Shown: one piece after another, positions 34,878 to 47,728 of the stretch
Position numbering within the stretch: the stretch's first letter is position 1
How the letters are laid out: each line of letters opens with the position of its first letter
Origin: Amoebophrya sp. A120
Lineage: Eukaryota > Protista > Dinoflagellata
NCBI GenBank assembly: GCA_905178155.1
Contig: CAJINV010000007.1
Coordinates: forward strand, 62,001 to 126,000
Length of the DNA: 64,000 nt
Direction of reading: 5' to 3'
Translations under genes and position numbers: made by a program
Notes under the pieces: model-generated
Databases searched by the model: none
What the model saw: only the letters and a program-made list of their open reading frames with translations
Told to the model about the DNA's origin: nothing

Positions 34878-37468
34878 TTAAAAGAGGATTTCTATCATTA
34901 TGGCAGCACGGTTACTTAGTGGATCATGTTGGGCACCTCCAGGCGCGGCCGCAGAAGTGGCTCCAGACGGCGCGGATCCTTGCGCCGCTGCACCATGCCC
35001 CCCCACCAACATTTGCACAGTAGTTTCGTGCCCCACAGCGATCCCCGGTGGAAGGCGCGGAAGACCACTGCCTTCCGCTCTGTGGTGCGCTACCGGGACG
35101 CGCCGCTGCAGTTGTTGGCTTTTCTTTTCTCGCCAATCGCAGCAGGCTACGCCAAAGCAAGCGGAGCCAATAGAAACTACTGCGTGCGCCGGGGTACAAC
35201 CGGACGCCATCCCAGCAACGCAGCCAGCGCCTCCGGCGACAACTCCGGCTGTCGCAGCCGCTTTTTGAAAAAGAATGCACCGACGTCGCGTCGACATCTC
35301 ATCGGGTATAGCAACAACCTCCACATTGGGGTCGAGCCTTGCTCTGCGGCGTCGGCCATTTGTCTGAGCAGCGGGAGGCACATTTCCCCCGGACGACGAG
35401 GAGGAAGCACCGCCCATGGTCTGCTGTTGTGGCGCGGACGCGGCCCCGGACGACGAGGAGGAAGCACCGCCCATGGTCTGCTGTTGTGGCACCTTATGCA
35501 TTGCAAGAACTAGGTCTGCGTCTGAAACTAGATTGTCGAAGTAGAAGAACTTGTGCTGGCATGAAGCCCGAAAATACAACTCTTGAGTTCCTCTGTGTCT
35601 GTAGTGCATGTTGCGGAAAGTAGAAATTATTAATAGCACTATTAACTAGCGCTATAACTTCTAATTTCTGCTTTATTAGGAAGCTGCTTTATTTTAATAG
35701 GTACCATGCGCAATACACACTGTAGAAACAAACGATCGTCATGCTTGGCTGAGTACTTTCCGCTCAGTCGCGAAGATCCGAAGATCAATCCAAAAATGCT
35801 ACTCAATATCATGACAACTTTTAATTATATTCCAGACACAGATCGATATTTTCGGTTGATACAGATGATGTGCCTCGACCGGCGGTGACGGGACTGCTGT
35901 TGCGACGCCAGCCGGACTGCTGTTGCGGGGACGCGGTTGCGGCACGAGCCCCCGGACTGGTGTTGCGCTGCGATTGCCATCACGCCGCCGTCTCTGCCGC
36001 TCGCGGCGTTCATCAGCTGTAAAAAAGCGACCCCCGTTTTGTTGTTCTGCATTGTTTCGCGCTTCAAGCATGTGAGGATCGTTGGTGATATTATTTCTGG
36101 ACCTGTTTATAGCTCTGTCGGTAAACGAAATGCCACTCGCACTGGCACGTTCGCTCTCTGTGATCGGTTGCATAATCGTATCCGCATGTCGGATAGATGT
36201 AGATGTTCGCGTCGTCCGGAGAGTACTATCAAAATGAAAATCCTCCCACGGCCCCGTATTCAAAAGGCGACTTCTGGTCTCGGAAGTCTAAGGACAGGGC
36301 GTCCCTGAAGTGGTACACGATCAACTAAAACCTTAAACCACCGCTATCGCGAGGCACCGTGCGCACACGAACATATTAAAGCACCTAGTTACCCAATAAT
36401 AAAGGCTGTACCATCAAAAGGCGACTTCTGTATGCTGGATTTGCATTTGCGTACGCGTGCGCAAAATAACGGGCTTGTATTGCAGAAAGGGCCTGGAGGC
36501 ATTTATTTCTGACCCTGTTGATTGGGTCGTTTGCAGAAGGCTAGCAATTGAATACGGCAATGATTTTTGCAGCTGGCATCAAAAGGAAAAGCCTAAGCCT
36601 TGCGCATCCATTACATATTGATTGGTTTTGGAAAATACGCCATATGGTTCCACCACAGCCTCGGTAGCCGTATCATGCAAGACGAGGCTGATTTTTTCAC
36701 ATGACGGCGGCGACAAATGAGTCGGCATCACAAGTAGGTTCCATTTTGAGGAGGGGGCGGAGGGGGGATTTTTCATCTGAATAAATACTCCTGGGCGGGG
36801 CGGCGGGCAAATCGACGTGAGGGAAGGGCTCGCCGCCGCCAAGATCGGAAGCAGCCGACAAGAACGAGTCTCCTGCGCTACTTGCAGACGTGAACGAGGA
36901 GCTCGGTTCATCCACTGCAAATATGTCTGGGTCGTCCGGTAGAGCGCAGAAGCAGTGTTTCTCATCCAGGTTTTGCATGGCCGAGAACATCTGCAATGCA
37001 GAGCGTAACATCACAGATTTGTATTATATTTGCGGGAGCTTTGCAATGCCTTACTCAGCATGAGAAATCATCTCTCAGTGTGGCCAGAAATTCAAGCTAT
37101 TTTTGGTTTTGCTGCTCACGCATGACAGATTTTTGTGTGACTGACGAAGAGCATGACAAGCTTGCATCTTTCCAGGATACCCACACATATTTGCATTTGA
37201 TACAGCTGCAAACGCAGGCCGACCACGTGGTCCAACAGCAATCCTTTATGCATTGCAAAAGTATCCATCGCATCACGCATTACAAATCTTTTATTTTCTA
37301 CCTAGGGCAAATCCGCAAAACAAATTTTATTTCTCATCATGCTGAGGAAATTCAAATTTGTAATGCATTTATACGAGTACGATACTTTTCCAATCCATAT
37401 CCTTGGTGCAGAAACCAAACCCGCAGAAAACAGGCACGCAAGACGACACTGGCCCCGGCACGCACCAT
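34878..37468 (-). CDS. Hypothetical secreted/membrane protein; 4 introners; 60-bp internal tandem repeat
   Basis: MVRAGASVVLRACFLRVWFLHQGLLLDHVVGLRLQL (signal-like) and a hydrophobic Gly/Ala/Cys segment near the C-terminus. The frame is restored by splicing. Confidence 0.65.
35495..35861. mobile_element. Introner, degenerate F1
   Basis: TSD CACCT/CAGAT. Confidence 0.65.
36227..36783. mobile_element. Introner F10 with a nested insert
   Basis: TSD AGTAC/AATAC; internal 17-bp direct repeat 36260-36276 / 36414-36430. Confidence 0.75.
36909..37202. mobile_element. Introner F1
   Basis: CAT..ATA; TSD CGGTT/CAGCT. Confidence 0.75.
37247..37399. mobile_element. Introner F2
   Basis: TSD TCCTT. Confidence 0.9.
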
Positions 37469-39162
37469 TTTTTTTTTTCTGCAGCTGCTTCGAGATTGGT
37501 GAGAAAGAAAATGTTTGTAAATAGAAGTTCTTGCGGAGTACTAGTAGATGCGGAAGAACTACTTACTACTTTTTCTTAAACAAATGCAAGGTATGTACTT
37601 TTCAAAGGGGACTCCAAAACGATTTTTGCAGCTCGTTGTTGAAGATGAAGATGAAGTGCTATTCGTGCTTGGTGTAGCAATTAAGATGTCGAATTAATGG
37701 AAAGCTGTTCAGTTCTTCTCAGTCCCGTTTTATTGAAAACGGTCGTGAAGATCGATGTAGAGGCCGTGGAGGCTGCTGTTGTAAAAATAAACGGAAAGCA
37801 AATGAGTAATGAATATGACGACGATGGAGGAGGTAGTCGTATATTGTTGTCAGCAGTCTTCGTCAGTTGTAAATATTGGAAAACAGGAGGCGAGAGGAGG
37901 TTGTAGTTGCGAGGTTGCTGCTTTTTTTTTACCGCGAAAAGAATCTTCTCTTTCCATTAATTTTGTGACGAGAATTTGAATTTCGCGACCGAGGAGCAGA
38001 GTTTGTTCTTGCAGAAAATAATTTCTGAAACGCTTTCATGGAGCGAGGGATCTTGAGACCGACCGCGATGGAAAGTATGTATAGTATGTCACTACACAGG
38101 AGGAACTCAGCCTCCCTCCCTCCAGATCACCGATGCTGGTCGACGTGCATGACCAAGAACTTTAAATTGCATTCAACAAGATCCTTTTTTTTCAACTTTG
38201 ATATCTCGTCGTGTTGACCGCTTCCAGTCACACTTCGATATAGTTGCACTTAGCTAGTAATTCATCCAAGATCATCTTCAAAAGGGTCTCTCTCTTTGTA
38301 CTATTTCAAGGATCTTCGACATTCATTTCGCAGAGTCCGACGATGTAGTTCCACCGATAATGAGGTCCTCGTGAGAGCGCGTCTTGAGGTGAAAACACTA
38401 CAAAAAAATTTCCCACACACGTGCATACTGCTACTGTACCACCAACTTCGCCAAATAAAAATTTCCGCATATTTATGATTGCCCCTTACCATGCTGCATA
38501 GGAGTGAAAAAAAATTTTGTCATGCAGAAACCAAAGAAATCCAATGAGTGTGCGTCGTCGTCGTGTGTGGGAAATTTACTATGGGTACTAGAAAAAGTTG
38601 GACCAAGTCTTGTGTATAATAGCTTTCTTTACTGGTCGACTAGGCCTCGAGGAAATATCAGGGTGGTAAGAGAAAAATAACCACTCAGAACACGCGGGTC
38701 GTGCATTAGATAATGCGAAAGAAAAAACACAACACTTCTTCGTCTTTGTCCTGTGCATCATTTGATTTCAAAAAAACGGCAACATACGAAGAAGAGGACA
38801 CGCATTTGTAGTTTCAAAAGCGACTACTTCCGCGCTGGTGCTTTTTGATCATCTCGACTGACCACCACGCCCTACGACTTACTTGTTGGACTAATCTGTT
38901 TTGCTTTTGCTCTTTGTTGAATGGTAAAAAAGCTCAACATCAGGATTGATGATGTAGTTCCGGGTTGTTTTATCACTTATTCGCCAATTGGAATTGCTTT
39001 GCTTTTGATGTTTATCGTTTAGATAACCTTGTTGGGTATTGGTATAATTTAGTGACTTCTTCCGAATTCTTTTTGCTCGCAGGAACTGCTGCACAAGCAC
39101 AAAAAGCATATGCTACATTCTGCTTCACAGCCTGATGAAAGTCCTCCTCCTCCTCCTCCTCC

Positions 39163-42100
39163 TCACGCAGAGCCCGACACCCGTATCTTGTCCGGAAGCC
39201 CGGCTCGCTGTGGGATATCGCGTTCCCAAACGTTCTTACCCTCTCAACTGTTACACGAAAAATTTGTGACGTAAGAATAGCAAAAGCGAAAAGGGAGAGC
39301 TTGTTGAACCTGTCGCGTTACAAATTGGGCACAGATTCGCTATGAGCCTGTTTAGCAATTCGAGGATTTGCCAGGCGAAGCATGTACCTCGACCGTGCGT
39401 GTGGCAGCTGAAAGTAATTTTGCATGACAAACAAGGCCCACGCGTGGGAGCAGGGTCCCCACGCTGGGGCCTTGTGTGCGCCCCTAGTGGCGCGAGTGGG
39501 AGAAGGGTGTTCGGCATCAGGGCGGACAGTGTCCCCCCTCGGCCTCGGCCTCGCCTCACATCAGGAGGCGCGCGCATAGCGACTTAGTGCGAGAAGCGCG
39601 ACTCCCGGGGGCAGGCTGTTCGGCAGCGGGGCGGACGATTCGAAACCGCCCCTGGAAAAGAAATCCGGCCCCAAAGTTGCTTGTGCGCAACACAGATCGG
39701 AGATTTCTTTCCCCGGGCGGTATGGACTTTCCACGCCGCGTCCTGCGGGAGCCAAAGCGAGGGCGTAGAAAGTCCATACCGCTCGTGAAAAAGAAATCCG
39801 GCCCCAAAGTTGCTTTTGCGTAACACAGCTCGGCGATTTCTTTCCCCGGGCGGTATGGACTTTCTACGCCCCGTCCTGCGGGAGCCAAGACGAGGGCGTA
39901 GAAAGTCCATATCGCCCGTGAAAAAGAAATCCGGCCCCAAAGTTGCTTTTGCGCAACACAGATCGGAGATTTCTTTCCCCGGACGGTATGGACTTTCTAC
40001 GCCGCGTCCTGCGGGAGCCAAGGCGAGGGCGTAGAAATTCCATACGTGGAAAAGAAATCCCGTCCCCAAGTTGCTTTCGCGCATACACAGATTGGAGATA
40101 TCTTTCCCCGGGCGGTATGGACTTTCTACGCCGCGTCCTGCGGGAGCCAAGGCGAGGGCGTAGAAATTCCATACCGCCCGTGGAAAAGAAATCCGGTCCC
40201 AAAGTTGCTTTTGCGCAACACAGATCGGAGATTTCTTTCTCCGGGCGGCATGGACTTTCTATGCCGCGTCCTGCGGGAGCCAAGACGAGGGCTGTTTAGC
40301 ACTTCGAGGATTTGCCACGCGAAGCACGTCGACCGTGTGGCAGCTGCTAGCTGCAATTTTGCATGACAAATCATGTAACAGCTGAGAAAGCAATCGATTT
40401 GAGAAACCCATACGGGAACAGCTTCTCGTACAGAAACACCCGCTATGGAAATGCACAACTTCCCCTCCTCCCCGTCATTTGTGGTCATGGCAAATCCCAA
40501 AAATTAATGCACACTGATGTGCCTCTTCCTCTTGGCACTGTTTGCATGAGCATGCCAAGTTCTAGCTGCAACCCAAATGAAACTTCTACACTGCTGTGCA
40601 AATTTCTGATGCAAAACCAGCAGGCTTGCTGCCGCTTGAATTGCCGTTGCGTTCATGGTATACAAATCAATGAGGGGGAGCGGGACGAGTTATGCAGTCG
40701 GATACCAGCGCTTCCTCACTTGCGAGAATGCCTTCGATGTTCGGCGGGTACCTTTATTTCTTTCGAGGATTTTTTGTCATGCGACAATCCCATTCACAAC
40801 AAGTGCGGAGCAGGTACTATGATGCAAGTGAGCACTTCTTGTTATGCAATGATAAAGCAGTTTTCATACAGAACCAGAAGTAACAGTATAGTACCTTCCT
40901 TTCCCCAACTGCTTTCGCGATTCGTCGATGCACTGGAGGAAAAATTCTTCCAATATCGCGGGAAAAAACTGCTTCGTTGTCGTGAACTTGTGATGCAGGA
41001 AATGAAGCGCTATAGTGTTTGTCTTGCTACTACACCTGCGAAGACATTAGATTTTCAACCGTGTAGCTTTCCCTTGGGAAGTGCGCATGGCAAATTCCCT
41101 GCGTCACGTGTCGCGAACTTGTGACGCAGATCTTGCAAAATCATCACAGTGAGACAGTTTTTTCGTGGGATATCCAAGCCTGACTTTCTACTAAAATGGT
41201 CGGCTATGAACTGCAAAAGTATCGTACTCGTATATATGCATTACAAATTTCCTCAGCATGACACAAAAAATTTGTAATGCTGATCTACCTTTGAGAAAAA
41301 GATTTGTAATGCATGATCGCAATACGAGTACGATGCTTTTGCAGTGCATATCGGCCCGCTGACTCCTCAGACTCCTTGCTTTCGCCTGCTCTTCTCGCAG
41401 GCATTATGGTGTTCTCAAGCGTTACGCTCTCAACTGCCTATTTTACGATGAATTTGTGACGCAAGAACAGCAACAGTGAAATCGGCAAGCTTGCAACTTT
41501 CGCATCACAAATTTGGCACAGATCAAGATGCTAGTAGGTACTTAGCCCTATTCAATAATCTGTCATGCGAAGTAGTTTGGTCCTCTGGCGGCCTTCTTGT
41601 GGTAATCGTAATTTTCCATGACAACAAATCATGTCACAGCTGAGAATGCAACTGATTTGAGAATCCGATAGACACTCCTGCAGTCTTCTAATCGCGTCCA
41701 CATACGTATCCCGAGACAAAAAACTGTCTCACTAGTCTCAAACCGCACTAGTATTTGCACGACACTCAGCAACACAAATTCTTCGACCAGCATGAGCATA
41801 TCTACTACTCAAGGACACTGTCCGCATAAGAAATTACAAGAGGAGTGACTGAAACAGCTTTTTGCGTTTCCATCGATAATAGGCGATTTTTTCCAAGTCC
41901 GAGGGGTTTGACTCGTTGTTGGCCGTAGTTTCGTGTATGGCAAGCTGTTTGTTCTTCTCGTCTTGCTTGGATTGCAGGGCGACCTTGTTGTTCGGATTTA
42001 AGTGTTGTTCAATCATCGAATTTGTTTATTCTACATCAGTGCTGTTCTGTTTCTTCTCGGAACTTGATTTAGTTTTCTCGTCGTCCGTCGTGTCTTATTT

Positions 42101-45100
42101 ATTACAAAACAACGACTCGTCCTGCAGGAGCTACTGTGGCTCCCGCAACACGAAGATGGATCTGATACACTACTTATCCGAAATGAACAAAAAAAAAGCC
42201 GAGAACCTTTGTGCTCGTATCAAATGCAAATATCGATCTGGGTCTGGCAGTAGAGTATAGGAGTTTGTCATGCATTTTCTGGATCACACAGATGTTGGTC
42301 TCAAATGCACGCAACATCACTACAGGTTTTGCGCAGGCCTCTCGATGCTTGTTCCGCATGAGCAAATTCCTACTTGCGTAGCAAAAGATGGGCAGCGTTA
42401 TGCGCTCATGCAAGACAAATTTCTGTGTGATCCAGATGGTGCATCATAAGTTCGAACTTTTATTCCAGACCCAGACATGAAATTTATTGCAATGCATAGC
42501 TCGCCTGTGCCCGTTCCACCGCTGCTTTCTATTCTGCGTAAAAACGTCCCTACCCCATAGTTGTCATGCAAATCTGCATGCTGAAAATGTTTCTCGTGCG
42601 GAGCCCCATGAGAAGCATAGTCTTGTAGTCGTGTTTTAGAATTTGCCATGCTCTAATCAGCATAATATGCTACATCTGTGAAGCTGATAAACTAATCTAA
42701 ACAGGATTACAACACTACGAGGATCGAGACTTGTCACGCGCAACAGCCAAAGCTTGTTGCTTTTTTCTCTAGCAGATTTCCCATCTTGACTCTGGGGTCG
42801 TAGGGATGTTTTTCCTCAGGATAATTTCAAAACCTTGTTTTGTCGTTTTGCGCCCTTGATCTGATCCTCGAGAAAAAGCCGGTCTTCCTCCAGCGCTTCG
42901 GTTTTTGCTCGCCACTTGTCCACTTCGCGCTTGTGATATCAGAATGTACAACTTCCCCCCCCTGCTCTTCCCGTGATTTGCATGGCATGATGAGCAACAC
43001 AAGCAAACGGGAGATATGTGGCTTCCGCATGACAAACCTATCTGCACGCGGATTGTAGTCGTGGTGTTTGAGGTACTTGTTTTTCCAAGATTTGTCATGC
43101 GGACAGTGCCTAAAGGGACCAGGGTGTAGATTTAGTATGTTGCATGACAACTACTGAGCGGGGGACGTCGAATTCCGCAGTCTCATATGTGCTGCTTGCA
43201 CAGTTCATCGAGCCGCAGAGCCTCCGTCATGAACCACTCCAGCTCCTACAGAAGATATGCAAGAAGAATAAGAAAGCTGTGTAAGTGTCAATGTGTGTTG
43301 CAGAGGATGCAAGACGCCTACACTTGTCATGCTGGACATGCGTCAGAGGTTCTTCTTGTAAGTGTTTTCACGTACTAGCTACGCATGAGAGGTTTTCTCT
43401 GTCATGCAGAGCAAATTTGTGATGCTGTTCCTCGAAGAAAGTAATACACTTACACACTTTTTTCCTGGATAAAAGAGTTGTATGTTTTACTGCTAGAACC
43501 AATTCGCGACTTTGACTTTCATGCAACTAGTAATTATCCAAAGCTTCAGAAATAATTTTCACGCAGATGACATTTGATTTTGTTCTCATCTTCACAACAG
43601 CCATTTTTGTCATCATGCGGAGCATCAAGTACTCGCTCAAGCAGGACGAGAAGCGCCTCACCTTTTCTATCCTATGGAAAAACGTTCCCACCCCATTTTT
43701 GTCATGCAGTAAACCTGCACGCTTAAAATGTTTCTCATGCAGAGCTTCATGAGAGGCGTTTTCTAGTCGTTTTATTGATATTTGTGGTGCCCGAAGCAGC
43801 ATCTTAGAAATAGATCTGTGATGCTGGTGAACTAGGTAAACCGGATTATTACACGACTACGAGGCCAAAAAACCTGTCATGCGCAACAACCAAAGCTGGT
43901 TGATTTGTCTAGCAGACTTACAACTGCCAACTTGAATATGGGGAGGTGGGGACGTCTTTACACCGGATATTTTCCAAGCTTTGGATTTTCGAGTCCCTTC
44001 GGATCTTATCCTGTGCAAAAGTATCGCACTCGTATTTTGCAATCATGCATTACAAATCTTTTTCTTTTTAAGGCAAATCCGCATTACAAATTCAATTTCT
44101 CACGCTGAGGAGATTTGTGATGCATTTATACGAGTACGATACTTTTGCATTTCATAGGTCTTCAAAATTTCCTCATCCGCGCGCTCCTTTAACTGCCGAA
44201 ATTCCCTCTGTATGTTGTACATGTGCGTTTTGTAGGCGAGGAAAAAATCTCCGTTATGCACAATTGCAAAAGTTCTTGTATCGTGCTTTTGTTGTATTTA
44301 CTGGTGCATTGCATCGCAAATGATTTTCTCAAGAACTACAAAAACGCAGTTTGTCATGCTGGATTCAAGTGAATTTAAGTAGGCACGGATCTGTCCTCGT
44401 GGAGGTGGACGAAGATGATCATTGCAGTGTATTTTAATTCCACCGAGCACGATACAACTTTTGCAAAGGATATCTTTCATGCTCCTGCAGCAGCGTACTG
44501 ACGGATACGTCTAAGTTATCCCACGAAAGAGTGTTACAGTTACACATGTGTTGGCAATTCAGCAACACAAATTTTCTCTGCATGAGAGGAAAAACTTGCA
44601 ATGCGCAGACCATAATGGGAAACACTAATGAAATGAAGCTCGGAAGCATGTCTGGCATGTCAGAGGTTGTCTGTCATGCTGAGCTTGCAAAACAATGTGT
44701 AACTGTAACACTTTTTTCTCGTGATATAAGTTCTGCGCCAAGGACTTCAGCTTCGCTTATGGATTGCAAAAGTGGCCGATATTAATACTCGTGGTAAAAG
44801 TAATTCATAATCATACTCACGTCACTGAAATAATGCACGGGCATGACAAATATTCTTCCAAATTTGAAACAGCACTATAGTACTAATTCCAACTTTTAGT
44901 CTTCTTCCCGAAAATAAAATTTGTGATGTAATAATTCCTACCAGGACGATAGCGATACTACTTTTGCGATGCATATCTCTGCCAGGGACACTATTCTCGG
45001 CCCGGCACCGGGGACGGACGCGAGCACCAGTTTCTTCTCCTTTACGGACGTGAGGTATGGGAGTGCACACCTCCCGCTGCTCCCCCTTCTTTGTACTATA

Positions 45101-45345
45101 GCATGAACACCAGCAATACAAACCCCAGCACACGTAGAGCCTCTGCATGACAAATGTGTCGTGCGCCCAGTGTAGTACTGTTTCTACTTCCGAAATTTGT
45201 CATGCACACAATGCCACGAGACAGCGACTGGATTTGGCGTCTTGCATGACAAATGAGAGGGAAGGGGACGAGTTGTGCACTGTCATATGAGAAACGTTTC
45301 CTGCTGGTTAGCCGTGCCCGGCATGGAGGAAGCCGTGTCCGCCAT
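39163..45345 (-). CDS. Coiled-coil protein; ~16 introners plus canonical introns
   Basis: Spliced: ..[97 protein letters not shown]. The joins around 41880-42210 are unresolved. Confidence 0.75.
39216..40412. mobile_element. Introner F6, expanded by a nested tandem-repeat insert
   Basis: TSD TGGGA/CGGGA. Confidence 0.8.
39432..40291. repeat. Insert with ~5 copies of a ~119-bp tandem unit, nested in introner 39216-40412
   Basis: Unit ..AAGAAATCCGGCCCCAAAGTTGCTTTTGCGCAACACAGATCGG..CCCCGGGCGGTATGGACTTTCTACGCC..; flanked by an ~80-bp imperfect direct repeat (39348-39431 / 40292-40370). Confidence 0.85.
40444..40704. mobile_element. Introner F4
   Basis: TSD CCCGC/CCAGC. Confidence 0.8.
40954..41172. 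mobile_element. Introner F3
   Basis: TSD TCCAA. Confidence 0.9.
41205..41350. mobile_element. Introner F2
   Basis: TSD TCGGC. Confidence 0.9.
41405..41670. mobile_element. Introner F6
   Basis: TSD GGCAT/GACAC. Confidence 0.8.
41707..41878. mobile_element. Introner F3
   Basis: TSD ATACG/ATAGG. Confidence 0.75.
42218..42498. mobile_element. Introner F1
   Basis: TSD GCTCG. Confidence 0.9.
42530..42823. mobile_element. Introner F5
   Basis: TSD CTTTC/ATTTC. Confidence 0.9.
42937..43187. mobile_element. Introner F4
   Basis: TSD TGTGA/TGTGC. Confidence 0.85.
43256..43471. mobile_element. Introner F9, nested in canonical intron 43246-43661
   Basis: TSD GAAGA/AAAGA. Confidence 0.8.
43668..43969. 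mobile_element. Introner F5
   Basis: TSD TTTTC. Confidence 0.9.
44007..44156. mobile_element. Introner F2
   Basis: TSD GATCT/GGTCT. Confidence 0.9.
44255..44472. mobile_element. Introner F2-like
   Basis: TSD TCCGT/TCTTT; removal restores HERDFF. Confidence 0.8.
44517..44726. mobile_element. Introner F9-like
   Basis: TSD TAAGT. Confidence 0.9.
44758..44975. mobile_element. Introner F2-like
   Basis: TSD TCGCT/TCTCT. Confidence 0.8.
45056..45287. mobile_element. Introner F4
   Basis: TSD TGAGG/TGAGA. Confidence 0.9.
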
Positions 45346-46090
45346 GTTGGGCAGTGGTCCTCCTGGTCGTGTGTAATTCTAATTGCGGTGGCAATCAAAT
45401 ATAGATCGCTGCGGTGGAAAAAGAAATATACGACCCTCCTGAAAGCAGCACTTGCGCAGTTTTATTGAGTACTTATGCTTTCATCAGGCAGGCGAGAAAT
45501 AGTTGATGTTGCCGCCCAAAGTCACCATCGTCATTGTCATATCGAGTCATCATAACATCTTCGATTTTCTTCATTCATCTACATCTACTAAGTACACCCA
45601 TGGGCATCAACAAGGTTACACGATTAACACTGTTCTTCGCCTTCTTGCTAAGGGCTAGATCTACCAGCCTGCTGCAATTCAAATCGTGGAGCGGCAGGCT
45701 TCTCCTGCCTACTTGTTACAACCGCTCGGGCTCGACGAGCTTGGGGGCGTTCTTCTCAGTTTTTGCAGCATCTTGCTCCCGCTCATCTCCACACCTATCA
45801 AAAATTACTGTTTGATGCACCTGCCAGTACAAATTACTCACTGCATTTCGTACTTACTGCTCGGCTAGGTAGTATAATCTTCTCATTCACCAGAGGACTT
45901 TGCTTCTGATTTTTTTTGCTGTTCCCCCTCCCAAAAGCAAGAACATTCTTCGTCCTAGAAGAAGCTTGTAGCCATCCGTTCGATGTTGTTGGCGCTCGTA
46001 TTAAAAGGGAGTTCTGCTGCAGCTGTGTGGCTGGCTCGGTCAAAAAGTAGTTGCTTGTAGTTCATCTGGTTCATCTGCATCAGAAATATT

Positions 46091-47728
46091 AGAGCGGGGT
46101 AACTAATTCTGACGAGTTGTGGCCGTCCCACTTCTCACCCGCCCGGCCGGGTGGGTGACTAGTGGGACGAAACCAGGATCCTGACCAGCTGGACCTCCCC
46201 CCCTTGTTCGATTTGCGCCACCAAGACCCGAACTACGGGGGGGGCCTCCCCCCCTTGTTCGGTTCGCGCCGTGAAGATCCCAACCCGGGGGGGGCCTCCC
46301 CCCCTTGATCGGTTTGCGCCATCAAGATCCGAACAGGGGGGGGCCTCCCCCCCCTTGTTCGGTTTGCACCACCAAGATCCGAACAGGGGGTGGACCTCCC
46401 CCCCTTGTTCGGTTTGCGCCGTCAAGATCCCAACCCGGGGGGGGGGGCCTCCCCCCTTGTTCGGTTTGGGCCGTCAAGATCCCAACCCGGGGGGGGGCCT
46501 CCCCCCCTTGTTCGGTTTGCGCCATCAAGATCCGAACAGGGGGGGGGGCCTCCCCCCCTTGTTCGGTTTGCGCCATCCAGATCCGAACAAGGGGGGACCT
46601 CTCCCCCTTGTCCGATTTGCGCCACCAAAATCCGAACCAGGGGGGGCCCCCCCTTGTTCGGTTTGCGCCACCAAGATCCGAGCGGGGGAGGGGCCTCCCT
46701 CCTCCCCTTGTTCGGCTTGCGCCGTCAAGATCCGAACAGGGGGGGGACCTCCCCCCCTTGTTCGTTTTGCGCCATCAAGATCCGAACAAGGGGGGCCCCC
46801 CCCCTTGTTTCGATTTGCGCCACCAAGATCCGAACAAGGGGGGACCCCCCCCCTTGTTCGATTTGTGCCACCAAGATCCGAACTAGGGGGGGGCCCCCCC
46901 TTGTTCGGTTTGCGCCGCCCAGATCCATCCCAACCCGGGGACGGCCTCCCCCCCTTGTTCGGTTTGCGCCATCAAGATCCGAACAGGGGGGGGGGGCCTC
47001 CCCCCCTTGTTCGGTTTGCGCCATCAAGATCCGAACAAGGGGGGGGGGCCTCTCCCCCTTGTCCGATTTGCGCCACCAAGATCCGAACTAGGCCCGCCCC
47101 CCTTGTTCGGGTTGCGCCAGGGGGGGACCCTCCCCCCTTGTTCGATTTGCGCCACCAAGATCCGAACTAGGGGGCCCCCCCCTTGTTCGGTTTGCGCCTT
47201 CAAGATCCCAACCCGGGGGGCCCCCCCCCTTGTTCGATTTGCGCCACCAAGACCCGAACTAGGGGGGGGCCTCACCCCCTTGTTCGGTTTGCGCCATCAA
47301 GATCCCAACCCGGGGGGGGCCTCCCCCCTTGCTCGGTTTGCGCCATCAAGATCCGAACAGGGGGGGGCCTCCCCTCGTTGTTCGGTTTGCGCCGTCAAGA
47401 TCCCAACCCCGGAGGGGCCTCGCTCCCCCCCTTGTTCGGTTTGCGCCACCAAGACCCGAACTAGGGGGGGTCTCCCCCCCTTGTTCGATTTGCGCCGTCA
47501 AGATCCCAGCCCGGGGGGGCCTCCCCCCGTTGTTCGGTATGCGCCACCAAGACCCGAACAAGGGGGGCCCCCCCCCTTGTTCGGTTTGCGCCATCAAGAT
47601 CCCAACCCGGGGGGGCCAAGATCCGGCCAGCTGGTCAGGATCCTGGTTTCGTCCCACTAGTCACCCACCCGGCCGGGCGGGTGAGAAGTGGGACGGCCAC
47701 AACTCGTCAGAATTTGTTACCCCGCTCT
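46091..47728. mobile_element. TIR element with ~100-bp TIRs enclosing ~33 copies of a ~43-bp G/C-tract hairpin repeat
   Basis: AGAGCGGGGTAAC..CTGACCAGCTGG (46091-46191) is inverted at ~47627-47728. Unit CCCCCTTGTTCGGTTTGCGCCATCAAGATCCGAACAGGGGG. A related terminus occurs at ~15591. Confidence 0.9.

Noticed and set aside
40363-41124. 253-aa plus-strand ORF, and other plus-strand ORFs
   Set aside because: Antisense to well-supported spliced minus-strand genes and crossing introners, with no recognisable motifs.
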